Shown piece after piece: positions 13,401 through 28,400 of a stretch of DNA of 38,045 nucleotides. Each line of letters opens with the position of its first letter. The stretch's first letter is position 1. The notes beneath the pieces were generated by a model, which saw nothing but the letters and a program-made list of their open reading frames with translations, ran no database searches and was not told where the DNA came from. Made by a program: the position numbers and the translations under genes. Source of the stretch: Choristocarpus tenellus KU-1152 (lineage: Eukaryota > Protista > Phaeophyceae); NCBI GenBank assembly GCA_964200185.2, contig CAXNAD020000036.1, positions 1 to 38,045 on the forward strand, read 5' to 3'.

Positions 13401-16400
13401 AGTCACTGCCAACGGTGTTGACAGAGTAGCGAGTCAGACCAAGTTTACATACATTGAGCCTGTTTTAGTAGATGATGTGCACCCTGTAAGTTCAAGTGAA
13501 TTTGGTGGTGACAGAGTAGTGGTCTCTGGGAGGAACTTCCTACCCTCAGATTCTCTTGTATGCAGATTCGGTGCCAGGGATATAGCAAAGGCTTCATGGA
13601 TTTCTACCACAAGTCTTTCATGCCTCGTCCCTCCGTCAACTTCTGGGCCGCGCATTGTTACACTATCAGTTTCCAACAATGCTCAAGACTTTCCTGCAGC
13701 ATATGTGACCTTCACGTACAAACCAGGTTTCACGCTTTATGGAGTGGATCCCTTGGCAGGTCCTCCACAAGGAGGCACTGAAGTAGTAGTGACAGGCACA
13801 GGTCTAGACAAGGATGGTTCTTGGGCGTGCGTGTTTGGAGATTTAGCTGCTGTTATTGCTGAACGGCTTCCAGATGGAAGGCTCAAATGTCTCACACCAT
13901 CACTTCCACCTGGTATTGTTGCGCTTCGAGCATTTCGTTCAACCTCTTCAATGGCATCAGCCATGGCAGGGGCCTTAGCTGCTGCAGCTGACGGTTCTCT
14001 TCAAGATTTCAACCTCACGTTTGAGTACCAAGGGGTTGTTAGTACTACTTCAGTCGAGCCACTGAGCGGATCAATAGATGGTGGCACCCCCATCACCGTA
14101 CGGGGTTCAGGATTTGCCAACACAAGTTCACTATCATGCGGATTTTTGTGTCTGAATGGTGTAATGATAAAAAGCCCAGCTTCTTTTTCATCGACTAACT
14201 CAGCAATATGCATGTCTCCAAGGCTTGATCATGGCGTGGTGTGTGGTCATGGTGGTGGAACATTCTTTGTGTCAGTCATCTTAAGTCTAAACAGTGTTGA
14301 TTATAGTACACATGGGCCTCAGTTTTTATATTTCAAGCCAGTTGTGGTTCTTGGGGTCTCTCCAGAGCTTGGATCAGAGAGAGGAGGGACACTAGTGACT
14401 GTCATAGGCCATAACTTTATCCCCTCAGAAGAACTGAGCTGTCGGTTTGGGGCCCAGCTTCCGGTTCCAGCTGTGTTTGTAAACTCCGAGACTATCCAGT
14501 GTGTGGCTCCTTTTTCAAAGCTTGGACCAGTATCTGTATCCTTGACAGCAAGCAATAACCTTGTGGAATTTTCGTCAACATCTGCGCTTTTCGAGTATCA
14601 TCGTGCAGCCTTGCCAGAGTCGTTCAATCCGTGGGCTGGTCCGATTCTTGGAGGCACGCATGTAACAGTGAAGGGCCGGGACTTCCATCCCTCGAAACGA
14701 TTGGCATGCCGCTTTGGTACGATCAATATCCATGCCACATGGGAGTCACCAACACATATATTGTGCAAATCGCCAGCATCAGCCTTTGCAGGACCTGTCC
14801 GGGTGCAAGTTACTCAAAATGGTGTTGATTGGTTAGACATTGGACTCAATCATAATGAGCCCAATCATATCAAACGGGACTTCTTGTACTACCACCCTCC
14901 GATGGTTGAGAGTCTTCTCCCTCGCACTGGTCCACTGCAAGGTGGCACACATGTATCTATTTTAGGTCGTAATCTGGGCGCCTTCTTTACATATGGACAG
15001 ATATCAGATTCTGTGTTATGCCGCTTTGGCAAGGTTGTTTCCCCTGCAATCAGTGTGGTGAAATCACACACCACCAACCCAGTTGAAATGGAAGAAGTTG
15101 AGCAGAGAAGGGACTCAGTGACCTGCAAGAGTCCCAACTTTGAAGGTCAAACATTACAACAAGTGGCAGTGGCTGTGAGCATAGATGGTGGGGCTTATTT
15201 CTCTTCGCCAGAACTTTGGTTCACCTTCTTACAGGTAAGAAATTTTGAGGAGAAATACGGAAACCTCTTTGGAGCATATACCAGGTGGCAATGTGTGTCG
15301 ATGGAGAGAGAAGTTTCTGCCGCTCAAGTAGATTTTCTCGCGTTATTCGACTTGAATGCAATTGAGGACTCCTTCTCCCTGGAACTCTGGGCAATCATGA
15401 TTTATTAACGACAACGTGTTTGTCCAAGTCATCGTAAAATATTGTGTTTTCACCATGCAACAATGTTTTCCATATGTTGAAGTGGAAACACTTGAGCATG
15501 TACACGATGGATGTTGTCTTGCACCAGTGAAGAATGAGTCATGCATGTAGCCTGAGAGCCTGTCACTTTGAATTTCTTCAACATCCACAGAGTTGATCTT
15601 TGTTGTGGGGTGTTCTTGATCATTGTCTTGCATTCCTATGTCATGGTTCCAATACCTTTTGTACCAACCTGGAGCAGGCTGGTCAATGTGAAAATATTCT
15701 CAGTCCTTTGTTCGAACCAAACAATGTACACTCTCTATCGATTGACAATGGTTGCATGTTTTTAATGCCTTGGCTCTTGCATCAGGTTCCTTTTCTTGAA
15801 TCCCTAAGTCCAGCATCATCGATAGAGCGTGTGGAGACCTCACTTATAATATCAGGTCGTGATTTCCTTGATACTCCAACCCTGGCCTGTCGATTTGGTG
15901 TAGAAGGGGTTGTCTCAGTTGCTCAATATTTGTCAGGTGGGCGTATTTCATGCCTCACATCTAAGAATTCTGCACCAAGTACTGTTGAAGTGGAAGTGAC
16001 AATCAACGGAGTTGATTTCACTGCACAAGGAAAAATCCATACATTCCTCCCAATGGTGACCACTGATGAGGTAGTTCCTTCAGTAGGATCAGTAGATGGG
16101 GGAATGGTGATCAACATTCTTGGCAACGGATTCATAGCATTGGAATCTAGCGCATCAAGACTCTCCTGTAGTTGGGTGATGCCAGGGACTGAGAGTCGTG
16201 ATGTGCTAGTGACAGAAGCGAGACCACTATGGAATGAGGCACTTGAATGTGCAACTCCACCATCAGTATTCACTGGTAAGGCTTCACTCTCACTTGCAGT
16301 GGATGGTGTGACCATCACCAAATCACCAGCTTTGGAGTTTTTGTACGAGCTCACTCCAAGAATATTTGAGCTTTTGCCAGCCCATGGACCACTCAGTGGA

Positions 16401-19400
16401 GGAACAAGGATTAATATAAAGGGAGATGGGTTTGTACCATCTTCTACCCTTATTTGCCATTTCCACACTATATCAGCTGACAAAAGTGTTAACCCTAGTC
16501 TGGCAAGTGCAGGGGTGGCTGTACCGGCTGATTTTGTCTCTGCGGAGTTGGTTCAGTGTGTGACTCCTTCAATATCTCAAATTCATCCACATAAGGGGGA
16601 TATCATGAAATTCATGCAGACATTGGTGGAAGTATCAAGCCATGCTTCATTCCTGACACCATCCACAGGCAAGGGTATGTCCTTTTGGTACCGACCTCTG
16701 CCAGAGGTGAGAATTTACCTTGGAAATTGATATAAATTTGCGCAGGAATAGTAGGTTAGCCTCTTTTTGAAAGCTGAAGAGGCTCTGCAGGTGATAGATG
16801 CGAATGATCCTATAGACTTTTTGTTTGTATCCTTTCACATAGCTACCTACCCTAACCCCAAACCTATTGTCATATGTGTGGTAGATTTAGTATCTTACCA
16901 CCACCTTCCTGTCAATTTCTTCTAAATTGCTCACCCGAACAGCTTGATTGCGGGGTGATACATTTCATGTATCTTTCTACACCTGTTACTGAACCGATTG
17001 TGATACCTAAATTTTTGCTACTTTGAAGTATGGAGTTTGGCATAGTATAAGGAGTATTTTCTTGTGAAATTTTGAGGCTGGTACTGACCAAATTCTACTT
17101 GGAAATGCTCTAGTCAAGAATGAGTTCTATCAGGCACACTAACAACATGGTACAATAGGTTAATGTGATAAGTGGTGCTGCAGAAGGAGAAAGGGACAAT
17201 CTTTTGTAGATGCCTTGTCAAATCTGCCAAAATAGAATGCCCAGTTCATTCCCACAATCATCCTTTTCTAAATATTAGTGATACATCTGTGAATAGAGGT
17301 ACATGATAGTGACCTCCCATGTGACCCACTAGGATATATCTACAAATGTAATAGTTTTTGTTGTTGCTTGCATGTTCATCTTGATGATGAATGTGAAGTA
17401 CATTAAGTCCATATATTTGTCTTTGGCCTGTTTGTACTTTGTGTTCTGTGCAGAGTTGGTTGCAGTAGGACATCCTAAGTATACTGGGGGTAGTGATGGA
17501 TTAGATTTTTTTCACGAGAAATGATTTAATCTGGAGTACATGCTGACATTCACAGGAGACATGAAGCCCTAGTGCCCCACCACCATTTTAGACCCCACAA
17601 ACCTAGGCGAAAGGGAGTCTTGTTAGGATTTTCTCTCTAGAGTGACTATGATACTTGTCGGCCTACCTGGTTGTCCAGGGGCACGAAGTTGCTGCTCCAG
17701 AGCTTGTTAGAGTAGAAGAGTATACATGTACTGCTCTATAGCAATCTTTTGTACCAGTGTTACAAAATAGATAGCATATCTGATCTCTCTCTCTCTCTCT
17801 CTGTATATGCATGCTTTCCTCCTCTGCATGCACACGAGACATTCCTCTCAGGTTCTCAAGATTCAACCACAATCTGGAAGTTTGATGGGTGGTACAAACA
17901 TCAAAGTGACTGGCCGAAATTTTGTCTCAAGCCAATCATTAGCTTGTCGCATTGGTCCAGTGCTAGCCCCAGCATTGTACTTGTCCTCAACATCCATTAC
18001 ATGCTCAAGTCCATGGTCTGATGCCCCTGGCACTGTCGACTTGGACATCACAGACAATGGCTTTGACTTTGTACAAGCGGGAAATTTCACATACCTTCCA
18101 GAGTCGACAATTCTCGATTTCTCTCCTCAATCTGGTCCATCTTCTGGGGGAACAACTGTTACACTGGAAGGAACTGGATTCTCAATAATGGGTATCCCAG
18201 CCTGCTCTGTTGGTGATGTTGTTGTTGCTGCCAAAGTGATAACATCCAAGAAGGCCATCTGTGTAACGCCATCAGCAAGAAACTTGGATGCAAATTTAAC
18301 CAGAGCTTCTATCATGTTTTCCAATAATGGTATCGATTTTGACAATAAAACTGGTGAAGAATTTGTGTACTATCCCAAACCTGAAGTTCTGTTGCTGAGT
18401 CCATCCTCTGGAGTTGTTGGAGGGGGTTCAAATATCATTTCAATGAAAGGTGTGCACCTCCTCAACTTTGGTGACAATGACTCAACAAGCAATGAAAAAT
18501 TGCTTTGTCGTCTGGGACCAGAGGGTCTAGCAATGAATGGGCGATCAATCTCCTCTACAGAGGCTGAGTGTACTGTAATTTGTGAAGACTATCCTGATCG
18601 CATCAACATTGAATTGTCTTTGAACGGAGGTGGGGATTGGACTGCATCTGGCATGAGTTTCCTCTGCAATATGTTGCCGAATGTCACGTCACTTTATCCA
18701 AAGTTTGGCCCCACTACTGGTGGAACCAGTGTTTCAATATCAGGTTCTGAGTTTGTGCATGGGTCTGGGATCCTTTGCTTGTTTGGTGACCGAAACAATA
18801 CTATGGTGCCTGGCTTGTGGATCTCAAGTTCAACGATTATCTGTGACACACCTGATGTAGGAAGGGATGGACCAGGAAACATCACCATCTCGGTTGCTAA
18901 TGATGGCCTCCATTTCTCGCTACAGACTGCTGTTACTTTCTTTCATTATGTTGCACCAATTTCTATCTCCAGAACCAACCCAGAGTTTGCTGTTCTATCA
19001 GCGGAGTCAGTTATAATTGTCATTGGTGCTAATTTCTTGGAAAGGGAAGAACTCTCCTGTGGCTTTCAGTCAACTGACATGAAACAGACACAATTGATTC
19101 CTGGGACTGCGGAGTTCATAAACAACACTGCTCTTCTTTGTCATGTGCCAAGTACTAAACTGAGTCCAGGGCAAGCACTTGTAACAGTCTCCAACAATGG
19201 TGTTGATTTTGAGGGCTCCTTTGAGGTGGGACTCGCTGAACCCCCTGAAGTAGTGCAACTCATTCCGCCCAAAGGGATGGCAAGGAGTGGTGCAATGCCT
19301 GTGGAGGTGAGTGAAAAAGATAAGCATGGATTCTTTTGGAATGATGTATTCACTGCTGTTGTCCTACCCACCATACCTCCTCCATAGCTTGCAGCATCCA

Positions 19401-22400
19401 TGCACTTATCATCTCTGATCTAAGAACCATGGTACTAGAGCGTAGTGTCCATCAAGATGATAGCTGTATCTCAGAGGTGTGCCACTCTTAATGGCTGACT
19501 TTGTCCAAAGCAAACGAGAGGTACCCAGGTTTCGGCTGTTTTACATTCTAAGTCTCTTTTGCAATCGTTTGCAATTCACCCATATTTCTATGGATGAAGT
19601 TCTAAGTTTGACTCGAGAGCATATGTTTCTCTATTGTTTGAAACTTTTCCTACACAACCTACAAAATATCCTATGCGGAATTGTAAAAAATGCAGCTCTG
19701 CGTACCTCTCGTATACTTTAACTCTTTGTACGACACTAATAGTTGACAGCGTGATGAAAAGCTCAGTTTTGACACTTAAGCAGAGTCCACTTAAGAAAAT
19801 ATATAGTTCAATCTTGTACATTAGATATGACTTGGGTTACCATTCGAGTAAGGTCCTGAGACTCAGCAGTTTTCCACCTCCATTTATTAACTTCTGCTCT
19901 GTGGACTCAAAACTAATCTAGTTTTATGAGTTCGTCAGACCCCGGTCCGTTGTACTTATTTTGATCTTGACTCTAGATTTAACCTACTCAAGTATACAAA
20001 TTTTCTGTGTAGTTAAAGCATTTGGCTTGGTGAATAATACCTTGTTGCCAACTGCTGTACTTGAAATGCCATGGACCCAGAGAGCGAATATAGAGTTCAG
20101 TATATAATATATGACTATCTGGAATATACTGTTGTAGCAATTTGACACGTTGCCCAGACCTCAGTTTCCCTGTGTGACCAAGTCGGAAATTCCACCTGTT
20201 ATATACTAACATATAAGTTGCGTCTTGCCCACTTTGTTTCGATATTTTCATTGCCATATAATCAGGTGATTGGCTCTGGATATATCAATCGTCCGGGTCA
20301 ACTCAAGTGCAGATTTGGAGCAGACATTGTAGATGCATCTTATGCCTCGAGCAATGTCATTCACTGCTCCACTCCTGCTCATGCTGTATCTGGCATCTAT
20401 GATGTCTCTGTGTCAATAGATGGCGGATTTAACTTTGGTGGTGCTTCCCCTGAAAACACAGGATCCTTCTTCTTTATGGAACCAGCGTTCATTGGAGGAA
20501 TATACCCTCGTTCTGGTCCAGAGAGTGGTGGAACAATTCTGAGAGTTGTGGGTACAGGGTTCAGCAAATTATATTCCTTTGTATGCGAGTTTGGCGGTCC
20601 CAACCAATTCAGTGCTCCTGCTGCTCTTGTCTCACCATCAGAACTTACGTGTATTGTCCCATCAGCACCTCCGAACTCTGCAAAAGAGGTTGATGTATTC
20701 ATCTCAGTGCATTTTGAGAGAGGATCCTTGGTTCTCAGCGAGCTACCTGGCCTCTTTTCTCCTCTCCGCTTCACATACTCTCCTGACCTGGAGCTTCGGA
20801 GTCTGACCCCGAGCTCTGGACCAATTTCAGGGGGCACCCAGGTTGATGTGACTGGGTCAGGATTTCTCCAAACTGGTCCTCAAGTGAATGACTCAATGTC
20901 ATCATATACAACAGGGGGGTCTGTTTGGTGCCGTTTTGGTGAAGCTGTGACTAGAGGCCTGCACCTTTCTAACAACTTGATTCGATGCTGGTCTCCCCAA
21001 AGACATGATACCAATGCAGCACAGGTTGAAGTGTCAATTAGCACCAACAATGGGGCAGACTTTGAGGGGGCATCTCCGAATGCGCTGGTAAGTCATGAAA
21101 TATGGTTGTAAGTTTCCACCTTCTAGAAAATGAGCACTAGTCCTAGCTTTAGGTGTGATAAGGGATATGAAAAAAAAATGGATACATTTGAACAAAAGAA
21201 GAATGTGAAGTATCAAGCTTAATATATGGAAAGCATGTGTAAGGATGTCAAATGATCTTCAATCCTAACACTTTCACTTCTCTCTTTCTGATGCACCCCA
21301 GATGTTTTCCTACGTGCACATCCCAGCATTCATTTCTCTGTCACCGAAATTTATGCCAACATCTGGTGGCACACTGGTAACTCTCTTTGGAGCTGGCTTC
21401 CCTCAAAATGATGGTACCCTCTGCCAATTTTCTACCTCTGAATCCACATCCGTATCTTATGCATACCATATCTCTAGTGAGAGACTGACCTGTGTTGCTC
21501 CATCCAACCCGTCTGAGGGTGCAGTGTATGCTGAGATCCACCTTGCATTTGGTGACACAATGCTACAGACAGGGCTTTCCGTGCAGTATGTAAAATCCAT
21601 GGAGATATTTTCCTTCAGCCCTGTTCAAGTCCATGAACACTTTTCTCATGATATTTTAATTGAGGGAAACAACTTTCCTGACCTGCCTGACCTATCCTGT
21701 AGAATTGGAGGCAGCGGACGATCCCCTGCTCTTTGGTTGCGACCAACAGCAATATCTTGCCAAACTCCAAACTCCTTGACCCCAGGAGATGTCACAGTGG
21801 AGATTACATTCAATGGTGCTGACTATATGACCGCTCCAGGTATGCTCTTGGTGGAAGAGAGGTTATTTATCACCAGTATGACCCCGGCAGTTGGCCCTGC
21901 ATCTGGCGGGACCATAGTTAGCATAAGAGGAACCGGCTTTGGTAGTGTTACTGCTTCAGGAGTCACCGTAGCCTGCAAGTTTGGGGAAGTGTTTGTCTTG
22001 GCCGAAATTGTTGATAGTGGGCTCCTACTTTGCACAACACCTCCTCAACTGGGCATGTTCGGTTCAGGTGGCTCTCTCCTTGTTAGTGTTGTTGGGCAGT
22101 ATACCTCAATTGTGCAAGCCCAGCATATCTTTCCAGGCTCTACACACAGCTTCTACTTTGTGGCTGATGTGCGGTTAACCATGGTGGGTCCAATAAGGGG
22201 ACCAGCAAAGGGTGGGACAATGGTGATGTTGGGAGGCTTGAGTACTCCATTGAAAGGGTTAGAAGCTGCAGGCATAAACCCTGACTTGAAGTGCATTTTT
22301 GGGCAGGTAGAAGCTCTTCATATCAGCATTGCACAAACTGAAGAGTCAGAGGGTACCAAGAAAATTAGATATTCTGTCAGGTGTGTATCTCCTCCCCTCC

Positions 22401-25400
22401 TAGATAAGGCTTCTGCAAACGTTAGCATTGGCATATCACTCAACGGTGGTATAGACTTCTCAACGTCCAGAGAACCCTTTATATACTATCCAGATCCTAT
22501 TTCCTTGGCTGTTGAACCCCCAATGGTCTCCACTATAGGAGGGTCAATGGTCACTCTATCAGGAAAAGGGTTTCCATCAACAGCAAACATCACGTGTATA
22601 TTCGGACAAGAGTTTGGCCTCAGCCTTGCTGAGTGGATATCAAATGAGGTCATCTGTTGTAGGGTGCCTCCACACTCACCAGGAATGGTTGCAGTGTCTT
22701 TAAAGATAGACGGCGTAGAATTCACTAATGCAAGCGTGGTGTTGGAGTATGGCCACGAGCTTTTCATCACAGATATTAAGCCACAGCATGTTGCTGCAGG
22801 AAGTGCCACTCAGCTGACCTTGATGGGAACAAATTTTTTTAATTCGACTCTCTTTTCAATACGTTGGCGGACTGACGGGTCAAAGTTATGGACAACATTT
22901 CCATTGGAGTATATTAACTCAACCACCGCTACATTAAACACTCCCCATCTCACCCTTAATGAAGGAGACAGCTGGGTTGATGTATTCATGGAGGTGTCCA
23001 ACAATGGATTGGATTTCATGGCCTTGCCTTTCCCAATTAAGGTGGCAGGTCCACCAAGGGTGACGTGGGGTTCTCCAAGGTATGGAAGTGCGGTAGGAGG
23101 CACAAAGATCACCTTGGTTGGAAAGTCATTCATACCTGCTGCGACCATTTGCAGGTATGTGCAACGAGTCCCACCTGGGACCAACGGCACGATTCCAAGC
23201 ATAGATCTGGATGCAGACGTGCTGAACTTGACTCAAGCAACTTGTGTTACCCCACCACTGGCACCTGGTGAATACTACATCAAGATGTTGTCTGGTCTAG
23301 ATCATAAGAACTCTACAGACACTTCATCCCACTTTTCCACAACAGGTTTCACCAGCATTCCACCTCCATATGTTTCAAGCTTTGACCCAAAGGTGTTGCC
23401 AGAGTCAGGAGGTGTTGCAGTCATCCTTGCAGGGGGAAATATGACACAGACAGGTCAAGAGACATGTCGATTTGGACCTGATAACCTTGTTGCTGCTCAT
23501 TGGGTGGACTCCAGAGCTATTCAGTGCATGGCCCCAGCTATGAGTGTCGGATCATATGAGCTTGGACTCACTTTCAACGGAGAAGATTGGATCATACTCC
23601 CACAGGCAATTAAGTATGAGCCAGACCGTGTTATCTTGAACTTGAGTCCAAGTTTTGGACCCTTTAGCGGAGGAACACCGGTTCGTATTCAAGGTACTGG
23701 ATTTGCAACAAAATTGAACAGCAGCAATGACGATGTTGAAGGAGGGCTCTATTGTCATTTTGGCCACCTTGAGGTAAGCTTTCCCTTTTGAGGTAGAGTT
23801 GATACAGCAAAATTATATTGCCAGTAGATACTCTGATTTAGAATCTGATGTTCAAAGAGGGACGTATTTCGACGGATCTGCCTTCCATTTGTGAGATTCT
23901 TGTACAGGCACGTATGTAGGTATGGCTCTTGAGATATGACATTGTTGCCCTTCGATTTGATAGATTGATCAAGGTATCCAGTTGGACTTCAAGACTTTTG
24001 ATTTGTTTAGCAGCCCCGCAAAAATTCAAAATCCCCTGGTGTGAAAGCTGAAGTGACAATTCACAAAGAGGGCACCAGGTTTCTGCAGAACAGGTCCAAT
24101 TCCAAGTCAATCAGTGCCCACCATCATCCACAAGCCATAGCTTCACTTTTTATGTTGAGCATAAAAATCGAAGAATGGAGTACTTTGTAGCGACCTCATG
24201 GTGCAAGAGAAGTGACTGACAGGCATGGTGGGAAAATAGAAAATGTTTTGAATCATTGCACAGGTGTGATGTCTTGACTTATGCAATGTGCAGAGCTATT
24301 TCAAGACAAGAACATATCCTTTCTGACTATGTAAAGAACACTACCGATGTTATCTTCTTATTTGAAGAAAAAATGACATTGAGCCTTATTGCACAGTTGA
24401 GGCATTGAGGCACATATATAACATCTTAACAATAACAGAGACTTGAATATATTTGGTATTGGAGACTTTCACATTGAGGATCTGTCAAGCCTAGGACATC
24501 AACAGCGCCAGGCAAATATGTCAATGTTATATTGGTGAACAAAAATCAATGTACTCTGCAATTTGAAATAATATTTTAGTAGCAAATACTCTCAAGCAAA
24601 AATACAAAATATCTCTTACCTTGAGACATGGCGTCGACTTTGATGACACCTTCAATAGTTGTTACCTTGCGGTGTTCGATCCCTTCTACTGACATCTGTG
24701 GCTGGCACCGCCATCCTTGTCACCCATCAAAGGTGATGGCCCGCCTTCTCACTGTCACAGAGCTTGAGTGCCTTACACCTTCAGTTCCAGAGGAACGATT
24801 GGTTGATGTTTCTGTTGCACTGCGCTATACCAACACTAAGCGGAAGACTGAGTTCCTTCTTGCTACTGGGGGTAGAAGTTTGGTATTCACATACTCTTCG
24901 GTGTCATCTGTGTCAGGGATCCACCCTGAGGCCGGGCCAGCACATGGTGGCATGTTGATTCATGTATATGGAGGCGGGTTTGCCCATTCAGAGTGGTTAT
25001 CCGTGCGCTTCTCAACCACACAAGCCAACACAACACGCCAACCCAACTTTGTCACAGCGAGTGAGTTGATAGTGAAATCTCCTCCTTGCCCTGATGTTCA
25101 ATATGGTGGCTTTGCCTCCATCGAAGTTTCGAACAATGGGGTTGACTTCTCATCGAATGGAATCATGTATTACTATGATGCCAGCAGGCCCTATGCTGAT
25201 GCAGTTAAGCCGAAATTAATCCGAGAAGGGGGGGGAACAGTTCTTTACGTGAGTGGGACAGCGTTTTCACAGCTGTTTTCCGGATCTTTAGCTTGTGTAT
25301 TTGGGGAGACAACATCTGTACCAGCAAAGTGGTTATCCAATGGACTCATCACATGCCTTGCCCCACCCCACAGGCTTGGAGTTGTTGTTGTTGGCATTAT

Positions 25401-28400
25401 GCATAATGGGGATGTCATATCATCGAGTGACCTCCATGTCGAATATATAGGAGCCTTGAGTATTGTGTCTTCATATCCCCTTGTTGGTCCTGCTGTTGGA
25501 GGCACTAATGTTACAGTGTATGGTGAGGGCTTTCGATCAGAGGAAACATACCTTTGTATGTTTGGAGACATTGCAGTACCTGTTCTGGCCGGAGATATTA
25601 ATTCCTCCAGTATCTCATGTATGTCACCGCCCTCGCACTATTTCCGAATGGGAATGGTACAGCTTCAACTCAAGCACTTAGGAGAAGGTACAGGCGGTCA
25701 AGACGACCGTAGGGATGGGAGCTACATCAATGATACCCAACTTTCTATGACGGTCAGAGGTGCTGCCTTTCACATGGCGCTAACTACACCCCTTTCATTT
25801 CAGTATCACATCAATATGGCTGTATCAAAGTTGTATCCCAGCCATGGGCCCTCATCCGGTGGATCTGCAGTACGAGTAGTAGGAATAGGATTTTTGAATC
25901 TTCCAACAATGGCCTGCCAGTTTGGTGTTGCACAGCCAAGTGTTGCGCAGTACGTCAATTCGCACACGTTGGTGTGTAGAGCTCCATCCCGAGCTGCTGC
26001 ATTGGGTAGAGAGGGGAAGAGAGAGACTTCTGATAGATTTGCTGCTGTCACTGTCACAGCAAATGGACTGGACTTTTCGTCAAGTGAATCAGCTGCTTAT
26101 TTTTCGTATGATGAAGATGTCATACTTCGCTCCCTTACACCTGATCGTGGTGCTGAGGCAATAGAGACAAGGGTGTTGATCCAAGGTAGTGGGTTTCGAG
26201 ATTCCTCACATTTGGCCTGTCGATTTGGACTCTATGTTATTCCTGCAGTTTTCATCAACGTGAGCATCATAGAATGCACAGCTCCCCCTAAGGGTCGCCT
26301 CAGAACAATGTCAGTTGATGTTACACTGAACGGACAGGACTTTGCTTCGGATGAGAATGGGAGTCTTGTTTTTTCTTATTCTGACCAAATTTCAGTGCTC
26401 GCCTTGAATCCACGATTGGGCTCAGTCCGAGGAGGTACCAATGTTCAAGTGTTGGGGATGAATTTTGAAAATCATACTGAACTCTTCTGCCTCTTTGGAG
26501 TGATCCAAGTTCCCGCAAACTTCCTTAGCTCAGAAGTTATTACATGCAATTCTCCACCTTCACTGACTGGCCCAGAGACAGTTGCAGTTGAGGTCTCCTA
26601 TCGACAATCCATGGATCCACAAGCAGGTCGAGGAAAAAGATATTTCAGACACCGTTCTCTGGCTTGGAGCAGCAGTGGAGTCAAGTTTGACTTTGCCATT
26701 GAACCTGCTGTGTTGAGCATGAGGCCTACTTCTGGACCAACATATGGTGGCACAAATGTTGTTATATATGGGAACAACTTTGTTGACTTGCCTGATCTTG
26801 GGTGTCGCTTTGGTTCCCTCTACACTCAACCATCAGATGTAATTTTCTTGTCCTCTACAGAACTTGTCTGTATAGCTCCAATGTGGACACTCCACGAAGG
26901 CAGAGAGACAGTAGCAGTGGCTGTTTCTGTCAATGGACAAGATTTTGGCAAACAGACCGGACAGTTTTCATATTATCTTCACCCACAGGTATGCTTTCGC
27001 CTCTCACAGGTAATTCGAGTAATTCCTCGGGAATGATGTGTGGCAATAGAATAACATAGGTGAACAAGGAAGCGAAACAAAGTGGTGTCAAATAGAGCCA
27101 AAACCTATGATGGATTATATTGTTGGAGATCACCCCCCCAAAAACTATGTTCTAGATGAGCAGCATGATGTCAATACCCACACTGCAATATGAATTTCAC
27201 TTGGTTGACATGTTTCTATATTTTCAGGTCCTCTCAGTTTATCCTGAGCGTGGCCTGATTACAGGGGGGACCGTGGTAACAGTTCAAGTTGACAACCTCA
27301 CATCTGCACTTTCTACTTACGAGGAGGGAGAACTGATGTGTCGATTTGGATCAGGTCCATATGAGGAATGGGGGGTTGTCCCTGCTGAAGCTCTACCTGG
27401 TCAAAATGCTCTTAACTGTGTTGCACCAGCTCCACCAGATGGCTTTGGACTTCTTGAGGTCAGATGTGTGGTTAAGTTGGACCCAGTAGCAAGCTTCATC
27501 ATTAGCAGCTCACCATTTGACATCCTATCTTACTATTCTAACGTCTGTATATGTATATGTGCTACAGGTACAGCAATTATCTATCACTGCATCATCTCAA
27601 GGAGCTGAAGTTCAGGTAGTTGAGGTGACTGCCCTTCCTGAGGCAGATGAAGTTCAAGAGATTTCCATTCGGGGCTGGGGATGGCAAAAGCAGGTCCAGG
27701 CGCTGAAGGTACAGGCCGTACTTGCAGAAAATGAAACTGCTGTGCAGGTGAGGTATAAAATCTACAAAAATAGTTTGAACAATTCCCAGGAAAACACCAC
27801 AGCTGGCATTCTATTGCCTCTGCCAAGTGTACAATGTTGACTGATGATAAACTTCGGTGGCGTGTACTCTTGAGTGTATCAAGCCAGATAATTATTTTTT
27901 CTGAATATCTGAGACTCTAATCAACTGGGCATGGGATGGTGCACATGTCTTGATCCCAACATACAAGATGTTTGTAGCCTTCTAGATTTTCCTTCTTTGT
28001 AGCCAGGTCAACTTTTCATTCTTGGCAACAGCAGCACTTATTCTGTCCAGAAGTGAGTTTGAGGAAAACATGAGGGACTTGGAGTGCTGTGAATGTCATA
28101 GTGGGAGGAGTGAGAGATATCGATAGAGATATCGATAGCGATGAAGCGTAAAGCTCAATTTACCGTGCTAGAGGAAATATCATTTGTAGCTGAAAGAAGA
28201 ACATGCTCACATGCACATCGTTAGGATGCATGAAGTGTGGCAGCCACATGCAGCATGCTCCTGCAGGTTTGCTGGCCTCCTGTCAAACCGACTTTGATCT
28301 ACCACCCAAAATACTGAATCTCAATAGATATCCCCTTCTTGGACAACAGGTCGTGCACACCTCATTGGAACACTCTCGGGAGGTGCAGCGAATTACTGTA

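Noticed and set aside
16849-16864. CCCTAA telomere-like bits (also near 28840 and 31586)
   Set aside because: Only one or two units each, which is too short to call.
19440-19990. Possible degraded transposon fragments in introns (also 2240-2700, 8880-9160 and 23840-24120)
   Set aside because: No recognisable TIR, TSD or protein motif by eye; a repeat-library search would be needed.
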